Assembly (NCBI RefSeq): GCF_009914755.1
Contig: NC_060932.1
Source: the human T2T-CHM13v2.0 reference genome, Homo sapiens
Reading direction: 5' to 3' (one strand)
DNA: 64,000 nt
The notes under the pieces were generated by a model. It made no database searches and had not been told where the DNA came from. It saw only the letters and a list, made by a program, of their open reading frames with translations. Shown here piece after piece: positions 1 to 13,924 of this stretch. The stretch's first letter is position 1. Every line of letters begins with the position of its first letter. A program made the translations under genes and the position numbers.

Positions 1-329
1 TTTTTTCTTTTGCCACTTCCTTATATGTAGCTAATTCTCCAGCAACAGCTAATTATTTTGAACTCATCTTCTCAGGCTTTTGCATTGCTCTGGGACCTTG
101 ACCAATTGTTTTGTGAGTTTAACTTCTCTGCACAGTTAAAATATCTTCTTTTCTATGAACCTTCCTCTGACTTATGTCTTTGAGTGCACTAACACCTTCA
201 GATGTTCGTTTCTTTGGCTATGGAAGAATTACTCCCTCTCTCCTCGATGCTACCTTGCCTCTTCTATTCAAATTTTGGCTAAAACACTTAACAACTTGTA
301 TTATAATGTGGTTCATTGAACTCTGGAAT

Positions 330-510
330 TGGAAAGTTCTGGGTTTAAATCATAACTCAGTTCACATTAGTGTAGTAGCCTTATTGCCTAATTTCACCCT
401 TAATTTTCTCAGCTTACCTTGAAGGATCTGTGTCAAGGATCTGTGTGAGGATTAAATGAGAGAATGCACTCAAAATTCACAAAGCATGTACTCAGTTCTT
501 AGCAGATATA
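330..510 (+). mobile_element. MIR SINE fragment
   Basis: ctgggtttaaatc...gtgaggattaaatgag core; contains a small tandem duplication aaggatctgtgt x2 at ~422-446. Confidence 0.6.
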
Positions 511-534
511 AGGGTTATTGTATTCACCTACTTG

Positions 535-650
535 TCTCCCCCATTTAGTACAAGGTCCTCAGGAGAAGGAGCCTTGTCTTATACATCTTTGTTTCTTGGC
601 ATCTTAGAAGTGTGTCTGGCATATTAAATGAATAACTGCTAGATAAATAG
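535..650 (+). mobile_element. L2 3' end fragment
   Basis: ...gtgtctggcatattaaatgaata resembles the L2 terminus. Confidence 0.45.
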
Positions 651-760
651 CTAAGGAAAGATTTGATACATATCATATATTACATTGAAATTGCACAGGA
701 GTATAAAGGACAGACTTTTGGGAAAAGTGAATGTCAAGTGTAAAAGACACATAAATATAA

Positions 761-1115
761 TGTATTAGTTCATTTACATGCTGCTTATAAAGACATACCC
801 GAGACTGGGAATAAAAAGAGGTTGAATTGGACTTAACAGTTCCATATGGCTGGGGAGGCCTCAGAATCATGGTGGGAGGTGAAAGGTACTTCTTACATGG
901 TAGCAGCAAGAGAAAATAAGGAAGAAGCCAAAGAGGAAACCCCTGATAAACCCATCAGATCTCGTGAGACTTATTCACTATCAGGAGAATAGCACGGGAA
1001 AGATCAGCTACCATCATTCAATCACCTCCCCCTGAGTCCCTCCCACAACATATGGGAATTCTGGGAGATACAATTCAAGTTGAGATTTGGGTGGGGACAC
1101 AGTCAAGCCATATCC
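761..1115 (-). mobile_element. THE1-family (ERVL-MaLR) solo LTR
   Basis: tgtattagtt... to ...gagatttgggtggggacacagtcaagccatatc = reverse complement of the THE1 LTR; 5-bp TSD tataa/tgtaa. Confidence 0.9.
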
Positions 1116-1294
1116 TGTAAAGGGTTATTATATGTTTTCTAAAATGAAAATGCTCCATAATCTATGTGAAGGCTGTTTCAAAGGTTAATTAATAGGTGGT
1201 CATGTCATCTTAGGTAGGTAAACATTATTTTCCCTTGCTGACAAGAATAAAAATCACTATGGCTAGTTAACAGTGGTAACTAGTAATTAATGGT

Positions 1295-1780
1295 ATTTGT
1301 TCATTTATTCATTACTTTATTCAACAATTATGTGTTGAGCATCTACTACATGTTAATGGTGCTAGATGCAAGTAATTCAAAGATGAATAAAGGGAAATGT
1401 GGCTCCAGCTCTCACAAAATCTACAGTCATTAGGGAGATGACTGTTACAGCACTGAGCAAAGACAGTCAATGGGGTAAGTCCTCTCGCAGGGAATGTGCA
1501 ACATGTAACAGGGGCACCTCACTAGCTGCGGGGAGTCATGCCACAGTGGTTCAGAGCACAGGGTTCCCAAAGGGATTTCTAACCTGTATTAAGCCTTTAG
1601 ACTTTATGCAAGGGTATGTGAGAGTTGAAGCAGGAGGAACTTAATTAGTGCGGGAGTAACATCATCAGATTTTCGTTTTGCAAAGGCCATTCTGACTTCT
1701 TCGTGGATATTAGATTATAAAAAGGCAAAAGCTGAAGCCAGCACAATCATCTGGGAGACGATCAGCAATCTGGACAATCA
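1295..1780 (-). mobile_element. L2 fragment
   Basis: ttcatttattcat...ttcaacaattatgtgttgagcatctacta = reverse L2 tail; further degenerate L2-like sequence follows. Confidence 0.55.
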
Positions 1781-2805
1781 AGTCTTCAGTCTCTGAATCT
1801 GGATCTCCATTCACTATTTCTTTGTCTTTCAAGACATGGGTATTATGCTATATGAAAATAGGAGATAATAGGAGTCAGGACCGTAGGTATTATGATAATA
1901 AGGACTATGTGATTATATACAGACACACACACACACAAAACAATAAGTGTAAAGAAACCTATTGGAGTCATCTTGTCCATCACACTCACGTTTAGATGGA
2001 GCAGTTTTGCCTCGCAAAGGTGGGTATATCACCTAATAAAGTACCTCTCATTGGGTCTAATTCATGTGCTTTGGGTTATAACCATCCTGAGGGCAATGGA
2101 AAAGAAATAGGGACCTGTTCCCTAGTTTCAAGGAACTTTTAATCTCATTGAAAACACAAATAGTTCTACATAAAGTGACTTGAAGTCAAGAATAAAGAAT
2201 AAGTATAAGACAAATGGTGTTTCTACTACTTTAAGCATTCTCCATGCCCTTGTTAATTGATGGGAAATCTTTGTGGTCCCTTTAGCTCTAAACAAGCCTA
2301 TATAAAACCATAGTTAGCAGCATGGGTTGACCAGGAAGCCTACTGTTATTATGTCTCAAGAAATTCTAAAAGTGTCTCCTTAACTATATATGTATGTAGT
2401 TTGCAGGAATAGGGATAGAGTAGGAAAATGTCCCTACTCATCCTCCTTTGGCCTGTCCCTGTAAAGCCGAAGTCCCCTGCAGATTATTAGTTGCCTGGAG
2501 CCACATATCTCCCTCTTTGTTACAGTGCAGACTAGAGATTGTTAAAGGTGTAAAAGAGTAAAGCCACGTGGTTGGGTACTATGGAAATATCTTAATTGTG
2601 GTCATCAATTGTAAAAGACTTTTATAGGAATATCAGGTATGTAGATTGGGGCATTATGTTTTTACTCCAATAAGAATATAATTTTAAGCCATAGATAATT
2701 TTCAATATTTAATAGTATATCACTAATATTTCAATATTTGTAATATAACAAATGTTTTTAAATTAAAAATATACTTTAGTCCACAGTATAAAAGTGTGTT
2801 GGTGT

Positions 2806-2928
2806 GGCTGGGCATGATGATTCATGCTGTAATCTCAGCACTGTGGGAGACTGAGGTGGGCAGATCACTTGAGGTCAGGAGTTCAAGACCAGCCTGGCCA
2901 ATATGGTGAAACCCCGTCTCTACTAAAA
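2806..2928 (+). mobile_element. Alu left monomer only (AluS-type), adjacent to/inserted in a MIR
   Basis: ggctgggcatg...gtctctactaaaa; flanked by taaaagtgtgttggtgt (2789-2805) and taaaagtgtgttagtac (2924-2940). Confidence 0.88.
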
Positions 2929-2940
2929 GTGTGTTAGTAC

Positions 2941-3140
2941 TTTGCAGTGGCTTGCTCTGAAGTGTGAATCCTGGTTCTACTACTGACTCATCATGTGAAT
3001 ATAAACAGGTTGCCTATCCTCCACATGCCTCAGTTTTCATCACTAAGATGGAGGTCATAACAGCAGTCACTTCACTGACATTGTTGGGAAGATTAAATGA
3101 GTCAATGCATGCAGTGAGCTTAGAATAACACTTGACACAT
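2941..3140 (+). mobile_element. MIR
   Basis: gtgaatcctggttctactact...gcctcagttttc...gattaaatgag core. Confidence 0.7.
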
Positions 3141-4354
3141 ATTGTTTTGAAAATTTTTAAGAAAATGTGGTTCCATCCATTAATAACTTTCCATAAAACG
3201 ATGATCATGGGAAGGCATGTCTTATATTAAAGACAATTACTACCCTGCCCCTTAAAATTCTGAGATATTATGTGCAAAAATACTTATAATTATCCATCCT
3301 GTATTTTATATGAAGATTTCAAAATCCCACTGATGACTCTGATGGAGGGATAGACATTATCTAACAGTATCACACTCTGTTGGACTCTAATCATCTCAGA
3401 TGGAAACCATATCTAAAGGTCCAACATATTCTTTGAAAGAAAAGATGTAGAGTGATGCCAGTGTTACATCATATTCCAAACCAGATTAAACGTCTCTGGA
3501 ATTGTGGTTGTACAAATGCTGTTTTATGGTTATAAAAACCTATCCTTCCTCTAAGGGTACATGGAGCTTTCTACAAAGTTCCGTCTCTGAAGTACATAGA
3601 CCAAATGAAATATCATGTGGCAGTGAATGATTCTCAGTCACAAGAGTCAGGGAGGTTTGCATTTGTTAAATCTGTCGTGTACACCCTATCTGTCAGGTAT
3701 TGGGTAGACATGGAGTTACCAATAAGAAGAACACATCAACCCTCTGGCCAAGAAAATGACAATTACAGGAGGAAAGAGACAAGTAAAATATTCACAATAA
3801 CATATGATCATAGAAGTATGTAGAATTCAAGGTAATGAGATAAGGGAAATGAGAATAGGGTGGTGTTGGACACAGAGGAAGCCACCTGGCAGGTGGTAGA
3901 ACCTGGGCTGAGTCTTGAAGAACAAGTAGAAGTTAATTACCAAATAAGATAGTGTCATGAAAACAGAATTGTGTTTCTGACTTAAGTAAATCAGTTAGTG
4001 AATTGTGATGCTGATGATTGGCAAGGAACATGCAGCTGAAAGAGCATAGTAAGTAGGGTGAAAGACAAGACCATTTCCAGAATACTTTCCCATTCCCCTA
4101 TATCTTAGTGCAAACCTCTATCCTGGTTATCCATAATTCTTTTCTGATTGTGTTAAATTTAATAATTAGTTCAAAGGAGGATAAATGGAAGGAATAATTA
4201 TTTATAGATTTCTATTAAGTTTTACTTGACCTTAATTCAACTTGCAATGAAAATTTGTAGAAATAAATGTAACTTAATGTCACATCTTAAAGAATGAGAC
4301 CTTAATTTGGAAAATAGTGCCTTAATAAAATAGTAACTAAAATTAATTTGGTAC

Positions 4355-4530
4355 TTTTTGTGTAGCAAGCATTGCACTAAGCTCTTCACAGGCATAATTT
4401 CATTTAAGCTTCACCAAAAAACCTGTGAGGTAAATACCAGTATTCTCCCCATTTTACAGACGGGAAAATTGAGGCTTTCAGAGTTTGATTACTCACTGTC
4501 AAGAGGTTAGTCAGGACTCAATTTGAGGTC
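4355..4530 (-). mobile_element. MIR
   Basis: cccattttacagacgggaaaattgaggc = reverse MIR core. Confidence 0.7.
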
Positions 4531-5042
4531 ATCTTATTTTGTGCAAAGAACAGAGTATTGGAAATCCGTGAATCTGGTTTACAGTCTTTTACACTCCTAA
4601 CTTATTTATTGGTGAGTCAATAGTCACATCACCCTTATCTGTAAAATATAAGTTGAGGGGTGGGTTGCTAATGCAGAAGTAATTGGAGAAGTTGAAATTA
4701 AAGACCTGTGTAGCCCCTTCAAACTTTGCTATTCTACGGTTTTTGTGCATTACGAAGTGTTCATTCTGGTAGTGATTCTGAGTGCAAAGGGATATGGTGA
4801 CAGATCCACACAGTGTACTGAGAGGACAGTCACATCACCAAAAGGAAAACAGTCACCCAATCAGTGTGATCTTTGGTTCAATTCATATATTCGTTAAAGG
4901 CCCACTGGAAATTCTACAGGCCATGGTTTTGTACTCAGCCTAAGGAGTTGTTTAGATTATTGCCCATCTCTTTACAAGAGGAGGAATGAGGACCATCTCT
5001 GTGGAGAAGGAAGATCTTGTTCTCTCATAAACAAAGGCCTTC

Positions 5043-5383
<341 letters not shown>

Positions 5384-5707
5384 TTAAAATAATTCAGAAA
5401 CGGGCTTTTTTTGATGTGCTCTCTCGAATTTTTCCATCTCTTTTTTACGCTGTAGTTAGGCTGTGCAAATATGATAGAGTGAAAGCCTTTCTAAGTAAAG
5501 ATTTGGAAAAGAAAACCCACTTAGGGTCTTTTCAAGCTGCAAATGGGGGTGTGGAGGGCATGGGGCTGAACGTAACAGCACTTTCTAACTTTGGTCTTTT
5601 ACATTGGGGTTGTAACTGCTGGCTGATTTCAGCCACAGGCAAGTTACTAGGGCTTTTTAGTAATTCACTTTCTTCAGATAATTTTTTTTTTAAGTGACTG
5701 CTTTGGT

Positions 5708-6853
5708 CATAAAAGCCCTAGAAGAAAAGCTAGGCAATACCATTAAGGACGTAGGCATGGGCAAAGACTTCATGACTATAACACCAAAGCAATGGCAACA
5801 ACAGCCAAAATTGACAAATGGGATCTTATTAAACTAAAGAGCTTCTGCACAGGAAAGGAAACTATCATCAGGTGAAAAGGCAACCTATAGAACGGGAGAA
5901 AAATTTTGCAATCTATCCATCTGACAAAGGGCTAATATCTAGAATCTACAAGAAACTTAAACAAATTTACAAGAAAAAACAATCCCATCAAAAAGTGGGC
6001 CAAGGTTATTAACAGACACTTCTCAAAAAAGACATTTATGCAGCCAACAAACATGAAAAAAACCTCATCATCACTGGTCATTAGAAAAATACAAAAGTAA
6101 AACCACAATGAGATACCATTTCATGCCAGTTAGAATGGTGATCATTTAAAAAGTCAGGAAATAACAGATGCTGGAGAGGTTCTGGAGAAATAGGAATGCT
6201 TTTATACTGTTGGTGGGAGTGTAAATTAGTTCGACCATTGTGGAAGACAGTGTGGCATTTCCTCAAAGATCTAGAAGCAGAAATACCATCTGACCCAGCA
6301 ATCCTATTATTGGATATATACCCAAAGGTTTATAAATCACTTTACTATAAAGACACATGCACATGTATGTTTATTGCAGCACTGTTCACAATAGCAAAGA
6401 CTTGGAACCAACCCAAATGCCCATCAATAAATAGACTAGATAAAGAAAATGTGGCACATGTACACAATGGTATACTATCCAGACATAAAAAAGGATGAGT
6501 TCATGTCCTTTGCAGGGAAATGGATGAAGCTGGAAACCATTATTCTCAGCAAACTAACACAGGAACAGAAAACCAAACACCACATGTTCTCACTCATAAG
6601 TGGGAGTTGAACAATGAGAACACATGGACACAGGGAGGGGAACATCACACACTGGGACCTATTGGAGGATGGGGGGTGGGGAGGGATAGCATTTGGAGAA
6701 ATTCCTAATGTAGATGACAGGTTGATGGGTGCAGCCAACCACCATGGCACATGTATACCTATGTAACAAACCAGCACATGTATACCTACGTAACAAACCT
6801 GCACATTCTGCGCATGTATCCCAGAACTTACAGTATTTAAAAAAAAAAAAAAA
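5708..6853 (+). mobile_element. 5'-truncated L1PA element (ORF2 C-terminus + 3'UTR + polyA)
   Basis: ORF 6196-6498 YCWWECKLVRPLWKTVW...PKCPS is the L1 ORF2 Cys-rich C-terminus; G-rich 3'UTR tract at 6664-6685; polyA at 6839-6853. Confidence 0.95.
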
Positions 6854-7147
6854 GGCCAGGTGCGGTGGCTCACGCCTGTAATCACAGTACTTTGGGAGGC
6901 CAAGGCGGGTGGATCACAAGGTCAGGAGTTCAAGATCAGACTGGCCAAGATAGTGAAACCTCATCTCTACTAAAAATACAAAAATTAGCCAAGTGTGGTG
7001 GCGGATGCCTATAATCCAGCTATTTGGGAGGCTGAGGCAGAGAATTGCTTGAACCCAGGAGGCGGAGGTTGCAGTGAGCCAAGACCGCGCCACTGCACTC
7101 CAGCCTGGGTGACAGAGTGAGACTCCATCTCAAAAAACAAACAAAAC
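6854..7147 (+). mobile_element. AluS (Sg-like) inserted in the L1 polyA tail
   Basis: Full dimeric Alu ggccaggtgcggtggctcacgcc...ctccatctcaaaaaa directly after the L1 A-tail. Confidence 0.93.
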
Positions 7148-7184
7148 TATGATGTTAGTCTTACTCTTGGGACTTAGAAGAAAA

Positions 7185-7375
7185 GACATAAATGTTGAAG
7201 TCAGAATACTGATTCTGACACTTACTAGCTGTGTGATTCCAGATAATATTCCTGAACCTCCATTTCTCATCTGTAAATGGGAATCAAAATCTTTATTTCA
7301 TAGGGTTGTCACAAAGTTTAAATGCAATAATATAGGTATTTAGTCTAATGCCTGCCTGAAGTTTAGTAAACGGCA
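7185..7375 (+). mobile_element. MIR
   Basis: cacttactagctgtgtga...cctccatttctcatctgtaaatggg. Confidence 0.75.
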
Positions 7376-8479
7376 ACTAATCATATGTCCAAAAATAGCA
7401 AAGACGAGTATTCTGAGTTAGCGGCAATACTAATAGGGTAATATTCCCTGTTCATTGGGCAAGACCATCTATACAACACTTTCTTCTACCTTGAATGTTT
7501 AGCCTCTTTACAGCACACATCGTAACAACAGCCACACATGCTGCATCAATTTGCAAACAGAATGAAAAATAATTAATGCAATATGTTTGTGCACTAAAAG
7601 TTTCTCTCAGATATTATAAAGCTTAGGATTTGAATTCTTCTGGAGGAAATCTGAGCTCAAGATGGCTTTATACGTGCATCAGCCATTCTTTTATGTACTT
7701 TCAGGAATATCTGCTATCTATGATTATTTGTGAAAAGCCGATGTAGGAAGAAGACATATGAAACTGTGCTAACCTAATAAAATAATGCCTGAGGCATGAA
7801 CAGCATATTAATATACTTTGCCCAAAAATGGCTGACCCTGCTGAGCTTAGATATCAATCCTATCTGGATACATGAAGATGCTAATTTCCAGTGAAAAACC
7901 TTGGAAGGATGCCAATAAATTCTGGGAAAAAGAAATAGTGTTATACAGATCCCTTCTCAGAGACCTTTGATGTCCACAGAAAACCTTTCCTGAAAAGACA
8001 ATTTTCTTCTTTGGTTCATCTTTGAGGATTGCCCCAACTCAGTCATTTTGCATCCAAAGACCACCACAGAGTTCAGAGAAGGTAGGAGTGGCCTTCCTTT
8101 AAACTCTGGGCAAACCATTTGCATTTTCCAAAAGTTAGTTGACAATTACATGGTTTTGGGCCTTCCAGTTATAATTGTATTTTTAAAATAATAAGAAACA
8201 AGCAGCGGTTATGTTAACAGGACCCTGGTAGCTATCAAGGATGTGTGGTTCGGCTTTTGAAGTCAGTTTCAATAGATTTTCATGTGAAATAAGTGGAATA
8301 AGATGTTCCCATTTCAAGTTTCTCAAGTTATGCTGTTTAAGGTACCAGTGTTGTTTCTTATATTTGTTTTAGGGAGTTTTTTTACTTCCTCTGAATGACC
8401 ACTATTTTGGAAATCAGACCTCCTCTATTAGGCTAAGCAAAATAGGGGTATAAGATTACATCTCTATTTGTTTATGTTT

Positions 8480-8950
8480 TTATATTTAATAAAATTAATT
8501 CAAGCACACGGTTTTAAAAAACAAAACAGACACAGAGTGTTAAAAGAATGAGAACAATCTTCTTTCTCTAGCATCTCTCCCCAAGAATATCCATTTCAAA
8601 ATTTCTTTTCCTGTTTATCCAAGAAGAAATTTAAAAAAACAAATTTTATGTACAGACTTAATTATATGTATATTATTTCTTTTACACAAACAGGTACAAA
8701 ACGTACTGTTGAGTACTTTGATTTTTCACTTAGTATATCTTGGAGACTTTTCAATGATCATGCACAGATCTTTCTGGCATCTGCATGCCACTCAGTTGTT
8801 TAGATGTGCCATAATATATTTAACCAGTGATTTCTCTGTCTCATTATAATATATATTGTAAGAAACAGTGTAAATTATTGTTATGCAATTGCCGAATCCA
8901 ATAGTAAGTATATTGAACATTTTGACAGATATAAGTTCTAAGAGTATGTG
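8480..8950 (-). mobile_element. Old L1M 3' fragment
   Basis: ttttcacttagtatatcttggaga, gatgtgccataatatatttaacca resemble reverse L1ME/MD 3' ends. Confidence 0.45.
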
Positions 8951-9089
8951 ACAGTGTTTATTAGGCATGTATTAATATTATATTACATCTATCTGTGTAC
9001 CTTCCTTTACAGCTGGTTGAGGGTATGGTATTTATCAATGTTAGCAGAATAAGTAAATTAAGGATAGAAACTTGGGATACAACAAAGGG

Positions 9090-9530
9090 GTTATTTTAGT
9101 CAGGGTCCAAACAGGAAACAGAAGATACACTCAAATTAAGACCATTTAAGGAAGAGTCATTTACAAAGGGACTATTTAAAAAGATGCAGGCAGACACAGG
9201 GGAAACCCAAGGAATAGAGGAATAACCTGGAGCTAGAAAATAGTAACTGAACTGTTACCACCTCAAGCTATAATGGAGAGAGGAGGGAGCAAATACTGAA
9301 CCTCAAAAGGAGCCATGTGAGAAGGTCACCTGGAGAGAAGCAGTAGCTGTAGGTAGAGGGCTCAGACATCAATGTTGTTGGGGCTTCCCGTTGGCTAAAA
9401 CCAAGCAGAAGCCAGAGCACATGCCTTTTGATGAGTTTCGTATTGGTCAGCTTCCCAAGGCAAAGAGGATGGTTAAAAAGTGTGAAGAGCAGAGCTGAAG
9501 GGGCAAAAAATCCAAAGGATCCCAACACAG
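9090..9530. mobile_element. Ancient LTR-like element (family uncertain)
   Basis: tagtcagggtccaaacaggaaacagaagatacactcaaatt start; shares layout with 13050-13450. Confidence 0.45.
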
Positions 9531-11439
9531 AGATTATGTCTATCATTCTGATTTCAAGAATGACCCATCCCAAACCAGAGAAGGACCCATACAATCTTCA
9601 TACATCTCTAAGATCAGAATCTATACTTTCTTTTGATACTATAATATTTTGTCCATTTTCTAATTATTCTATTTTGTAAGCTGTCTGATATGAAGGACCA
9701 TGTCTAACTTATTCATCACACTTTTACGGAACACAGAACAGTGCCTGACACATATGAAATTCATTCATAGTTACTAAATACATGTAAGAATAAATAAGTA
9801 TATGCCAGAAAAAAGTTTATTTCTAAACTTGATATTTTTTTTTTCCTGTCTATGCCAGTGTCTTCATCATTAACAAGTTATTCAGCACTGATAGTATGAC
9901 ACAAAACATGGGAAATTTCCTTCTGGAGAATGACTGGACTCTTGTGTCTTCATGAGATCCCAGCCCTAGAGCTGAAGCCATACTTAGCTCTGCTTTTCTA
10001 ATGGGTTCTCCTATGCTCAGTCTCAGGTATGTGAGTTTTACCCACATAAAGAACATGAGTGATGAGAGAAATTCCAGATATTTAAATGACCTTCTAGTCT
10101 ATGGGAGGTTTCCATTTCTGCTCTCCACCAAGTTTTCTGAACCCTAAGTTGATAATCTCTAGCACCTGTGCATCCTATGCACTTACTTTGTGGTGCCTTC
10201 TCTTCTTTTGTTCGTGTAAATCTAGGCTATTATTCATTAAAGTTTGCTTTAGATCTGGTTGACACTCATTCTATAAAAGCAATAATTCCATCTAATTGTA
10301 CTTTTTTCTTGAATGATTATATTAAATATAAACTTTTGTTGTCTAACTGCCTAAAGGGCTTGGACCCTATCTCTTGCATCATGCTATTCACAAACACAGA
10401 GTTTGACACATAATAGAGGCTCAATAAATAGAGGCTGAATTTATTCAGGAGTTCAACATTCTTCTTTCCTTCTCTAGGCTGTGCCTGATACATCCTTACA
10501 CTTTGGAGAAGCAGCAAGAAAGTTGATTCTCGCTATTTGCTGTTGCTGAACACAGAGCATGAAAATCAACATAGTAAGATAGAATAAACTTGGGCTTTGA
10601 TATGAGATCAACCTGGGCTCAAATCACAGCTTTGCCGTTTCTAGCATGATAACCTTGAGCATTATTCAACTTCTTGAGACTACTGGGAGAATGTAATGGG
10701 ATTATATACACAGTAAATTCACTGATACTTGGTAAAATATTTACTTTCCTTGCTTTAGCCCATTCCCTTAAGAATATCAAAAATTGCATGCTGGTTAAAG
10801 TCAAAGGATGGGACAGTGAATTTAAATGAATGGTTTAAGGAATTTATTGTAATTTTGGAAAAAGGGAAGACCATAGTGTGAACAAACAGTCTTCTTTTAA
10901 ACTTTCTTATCCTTGGGATGTGGAAATTTAATCTTAGTACTACATGGTGTTTCTCTCAAACACACTAAAAAAGCAACTGAACAAAACACAAAAGTTGATA
11001 TGCATTTACTCTGCTCCCCATTCTTCTATATAAGTTGGCATTTGAACTTGTTTTAGAAATGTATTTAAACCAACAGATGTAGTATCTAAATGGTAATGTA
11101 ACTAACACCTGTGAATCTATCACTGTCATTCATTTGTGAAGTTCCCTCTTTTGGAACAATTGCCAGTATTTCATTCACAAGTGAACCTGTTTTCAGTGTT
11201 TACTCAACACCCGTGGATGGTAGAGCAGTTTCCCACCTTCATCAGACTCTGCCTAGTCTTACAGCCCCCTCTAATGCCTCTCTCTTCCCTTCTCCCACTT
11301 GGCTCCAGTCACATTAGCCTTTTTTTGAAATTTTTTGCCAATTTCCATGACCACCTAATTACTATTATACATAGAATTACAATATGAATGACTAAATATG
11401 TATACTAGTAATTGTCTTACTATTAGCATTAAATGGTAC

Positions 11440-11952
11440 CATCAAATTCTGTTTCTACAAGATCAGGGCTCACAGTCTGTAGCATGAATCCCCCTGCTCA
11501 CATTCAACAGCCCCATCTCTCACCATGTTCTCTCTTAAGCCTTCATTCCATCCATGCAGAACCTTCATTTGGGGGTGCTCTAGAGCTTTCCTTTTTATTC
11601 TGGAACATGCTCTTTCTTCCGCTTTAGTCCCTCATGCTTCAATTCCCAATCCCACCCACAAACCCAGGGTTGATTCACTACTTACCCTGCAGTTTTCAAT
11701 ATGAAATAGCTGCTCCTCCAGAAACCGTTCCCAGTCCGTCCTGTTCACTCAGCCTGCTAGGTGACCCATAGCTTAATGCACTTCCCCTACTTTAAAGTTA
11801 ATGCTTATTTAACTCTGTCTTCCTCCACCAGACTGTAAGACCTAAGAGGGGAGGAACTACATCTGTCTGATTTCTTGTTGACAACACTGTGCCAGTGTTG
11901 GGCATAGTGCGTGGCTCATAGAAGATGCTCAATAGATAATTATGGATTGAAA
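11440..11952 (+). mobile_element. L2 3' portion
   Basis: ccagactgtaagacc...catagtgcgtggctcatagaagatgctcaatagata...ggattgaa is the L2 terminus. Confidence 0.75.
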
Positions 11953-11984
11953 CTCTGAAGACATAAGGACATTTGGTGTGGAAT

Positions 11985-12457
11985 GGTATTAGTTTCTTTT
12001 TGCTACTGTAACAAATTACCATATAATGGCAACAATTACAATTTAGGAGATAAAAAATCCAAAGATGGGTATCACTAGGCTAAAATCATGGTGTCAATGA
12101 GTCTCTGTTCTGAAGGTTCTGGGGGACATTCCATTTCCTTGCCTTGTCTGGTTTCTAGAAGGCTTGCATGTCCGTTTCTTCATCTTCAAAGTCAGCAACA
12201 TCTGACCAAGTCCTTCTCATGGTGCCATCTTTCTCTCTCTTTATTCTGCCTCTCTTCTACTTTTAAGGACTCTGGTGATTATATTGGGTCTTGTAGACAA
12301 TCCGGGATAATCTCCCTTTTTAAGGGAAGTAGATTCAAGTTGCTACTTTAGTTCCACCTGAATTCTTAATTTCCCTTGGGTGTGTAATCTAACATAGTGA
12401 CAAGTTCTGGAGATTAGGGCATGGGCATCTTTGGGGGTTATTATTCTGCTTATCCCA
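11985..12457 (-). mobile_element. MLT1 (MLT1C-like) MaLR solo LTR
   Basis: gtattagtttc...ctgtaacaaattacca to ...catctttgggggttattattctgc; TSD ggaat/agaat. Confidence 0.85.
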
Positions 12458-13049
12458 AGAATGTTACCCTTTTACTCACATCTGTATCTGTAAAATAAGA
12501 GGTTAGGTTAGTGGACCCCGTAAAGAATCTTCTATCTCTAGCCCAATTAGTACAGATAATATTAAATTATTAAACAGATGTATTCTCCTTTCTCTCAGGT
12601 AAATTATGTTTCTCTGTAACTTGAAGTCATGAGAAATAACGTGCAGGCAAAAAAAGGCAGTTACCAACCACAACAATGACATACGACTTTAATTTGAGTC
12701 TTAAATTAGTTATTGTCTTATTTTTGTTTTTCGTGACCTATCAAGGCTATGGTCTTAAGAGGAGACATTCTTGAGAGAGAAATGGATTTTCTCAATTCTT
12801 TAGTATCTCATTGGCACATTAAGGTGGAAGATTGAAAATTGAACTGTATTCTAAACCATAAGAAATGAAATTAAGATATGATGCAAGAGATACATATATT
12901 ATAAATATAAGTGGACAGCCCATCCCTCCTAGATTTGTGGCATGTAGGGAGAGGAGGAAAAGGTAAATGGGAAGGCTATAGTAAAATGGATATACTGTGC
13001 TCTCCTCTCTGTTGAAATCCATAATGAAACTATCCATATAGATATGAGA

Positions 13050-13450
13050 TGTATTAGTTGGGTCCTTTGCAGGAAGACATACAATCAAGGCTTTGAGAAA
13101 ATAAAGTTTAATGAAAGGACCATTTACAGACAGATGTGGGCAGGAATAAAGGAACCAACAAGAGACAGTAAAGCACCACCAGCTATCAACAGAAGGGAAG
13201 GATCAGAGCTGTGGCCATTGACAGGGGAAGGAGCCACTTCAAAACTGTAGCCCCACAGGGTTAGTGTAGTGGGAAAACCTTGACTTCTCTCCCTACCCCA
13301 TCTCCATCTGGTGCTGTTCTTCTATTTGTCAAACAAACTAGAAGCCATAGGGCAAGTGAGACTATGATGAGATCTAAAGAGGACAATCCCTTAGGAAAAA
13401 AAGAACAAGGCACATGGAGAATAATTAATGCAGAGTGAGTCCCAATCACA
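13050..13450. mobile_element. Ancient LTR-like element (family uncertain)
   Basis: tgtattagttgggtcc start; similar to the element at 9090-9530. Confidence 0.45.
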
Positions 13451-13924
13451 GGGGATTTTAGTTAGTGTGCCTGGACATAACTTGGGTGAAACTTCACTTT
13501 TACTTTGACACTATGCCAAAGGAGCACACAAATCCTTGTCTAAGGGTCTACTTCTGGGGAATTTGACCTAAAACGTGGTGGAGCTCAGTCTCAAACCTAG
13601 CTTCGCCTCCTCCAAAGCTAGTGCTGCATGTACTGCCTAATGCTGGCTCTTGTGGTTAGATGCTCAGCAGAGAATCTGTTGAAGCAGTATTTTTTTTTTC
13701 TGGCATGATCCCTAATGGTACCATTTGATTCTGGAAGAAAAACCTTACCTGAAGTTCTTTTTAAAAACAAAACAAATAACAACATTTCCTCTAGCATGTT
13801 GATTTAGTAGCAAAATGATATTGGAATGCATTTAAAATATTTCTATGAAGTAGATATAGACAAAAAGTACTACTGAACAGAATTGCTAAGCACTAGTAAG
13901 TTTGAAATATTCATTTTATAAACT

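Noticed and set aside
6196-6903. ORFs of 100 and 142 aa
   Set aside because: Broken L1 ORF2 C-terminus and antisense L1/Alu translation, not host genes
9910-9920. Isolated kB-like GGGAAATTTCC
   Set aside because: Single motif ~30 kb from the promoter with no supporting cluster; expected by chance
9090-13450. Similarity between 9090-9530 and 13050-13450 as a local duplication or proviral LTR pair
   Set aside because: Similarity is loose and the spacer holds L2/MIR/MLT1 with no retroviral internal sequence; more likely two independent old LTRs
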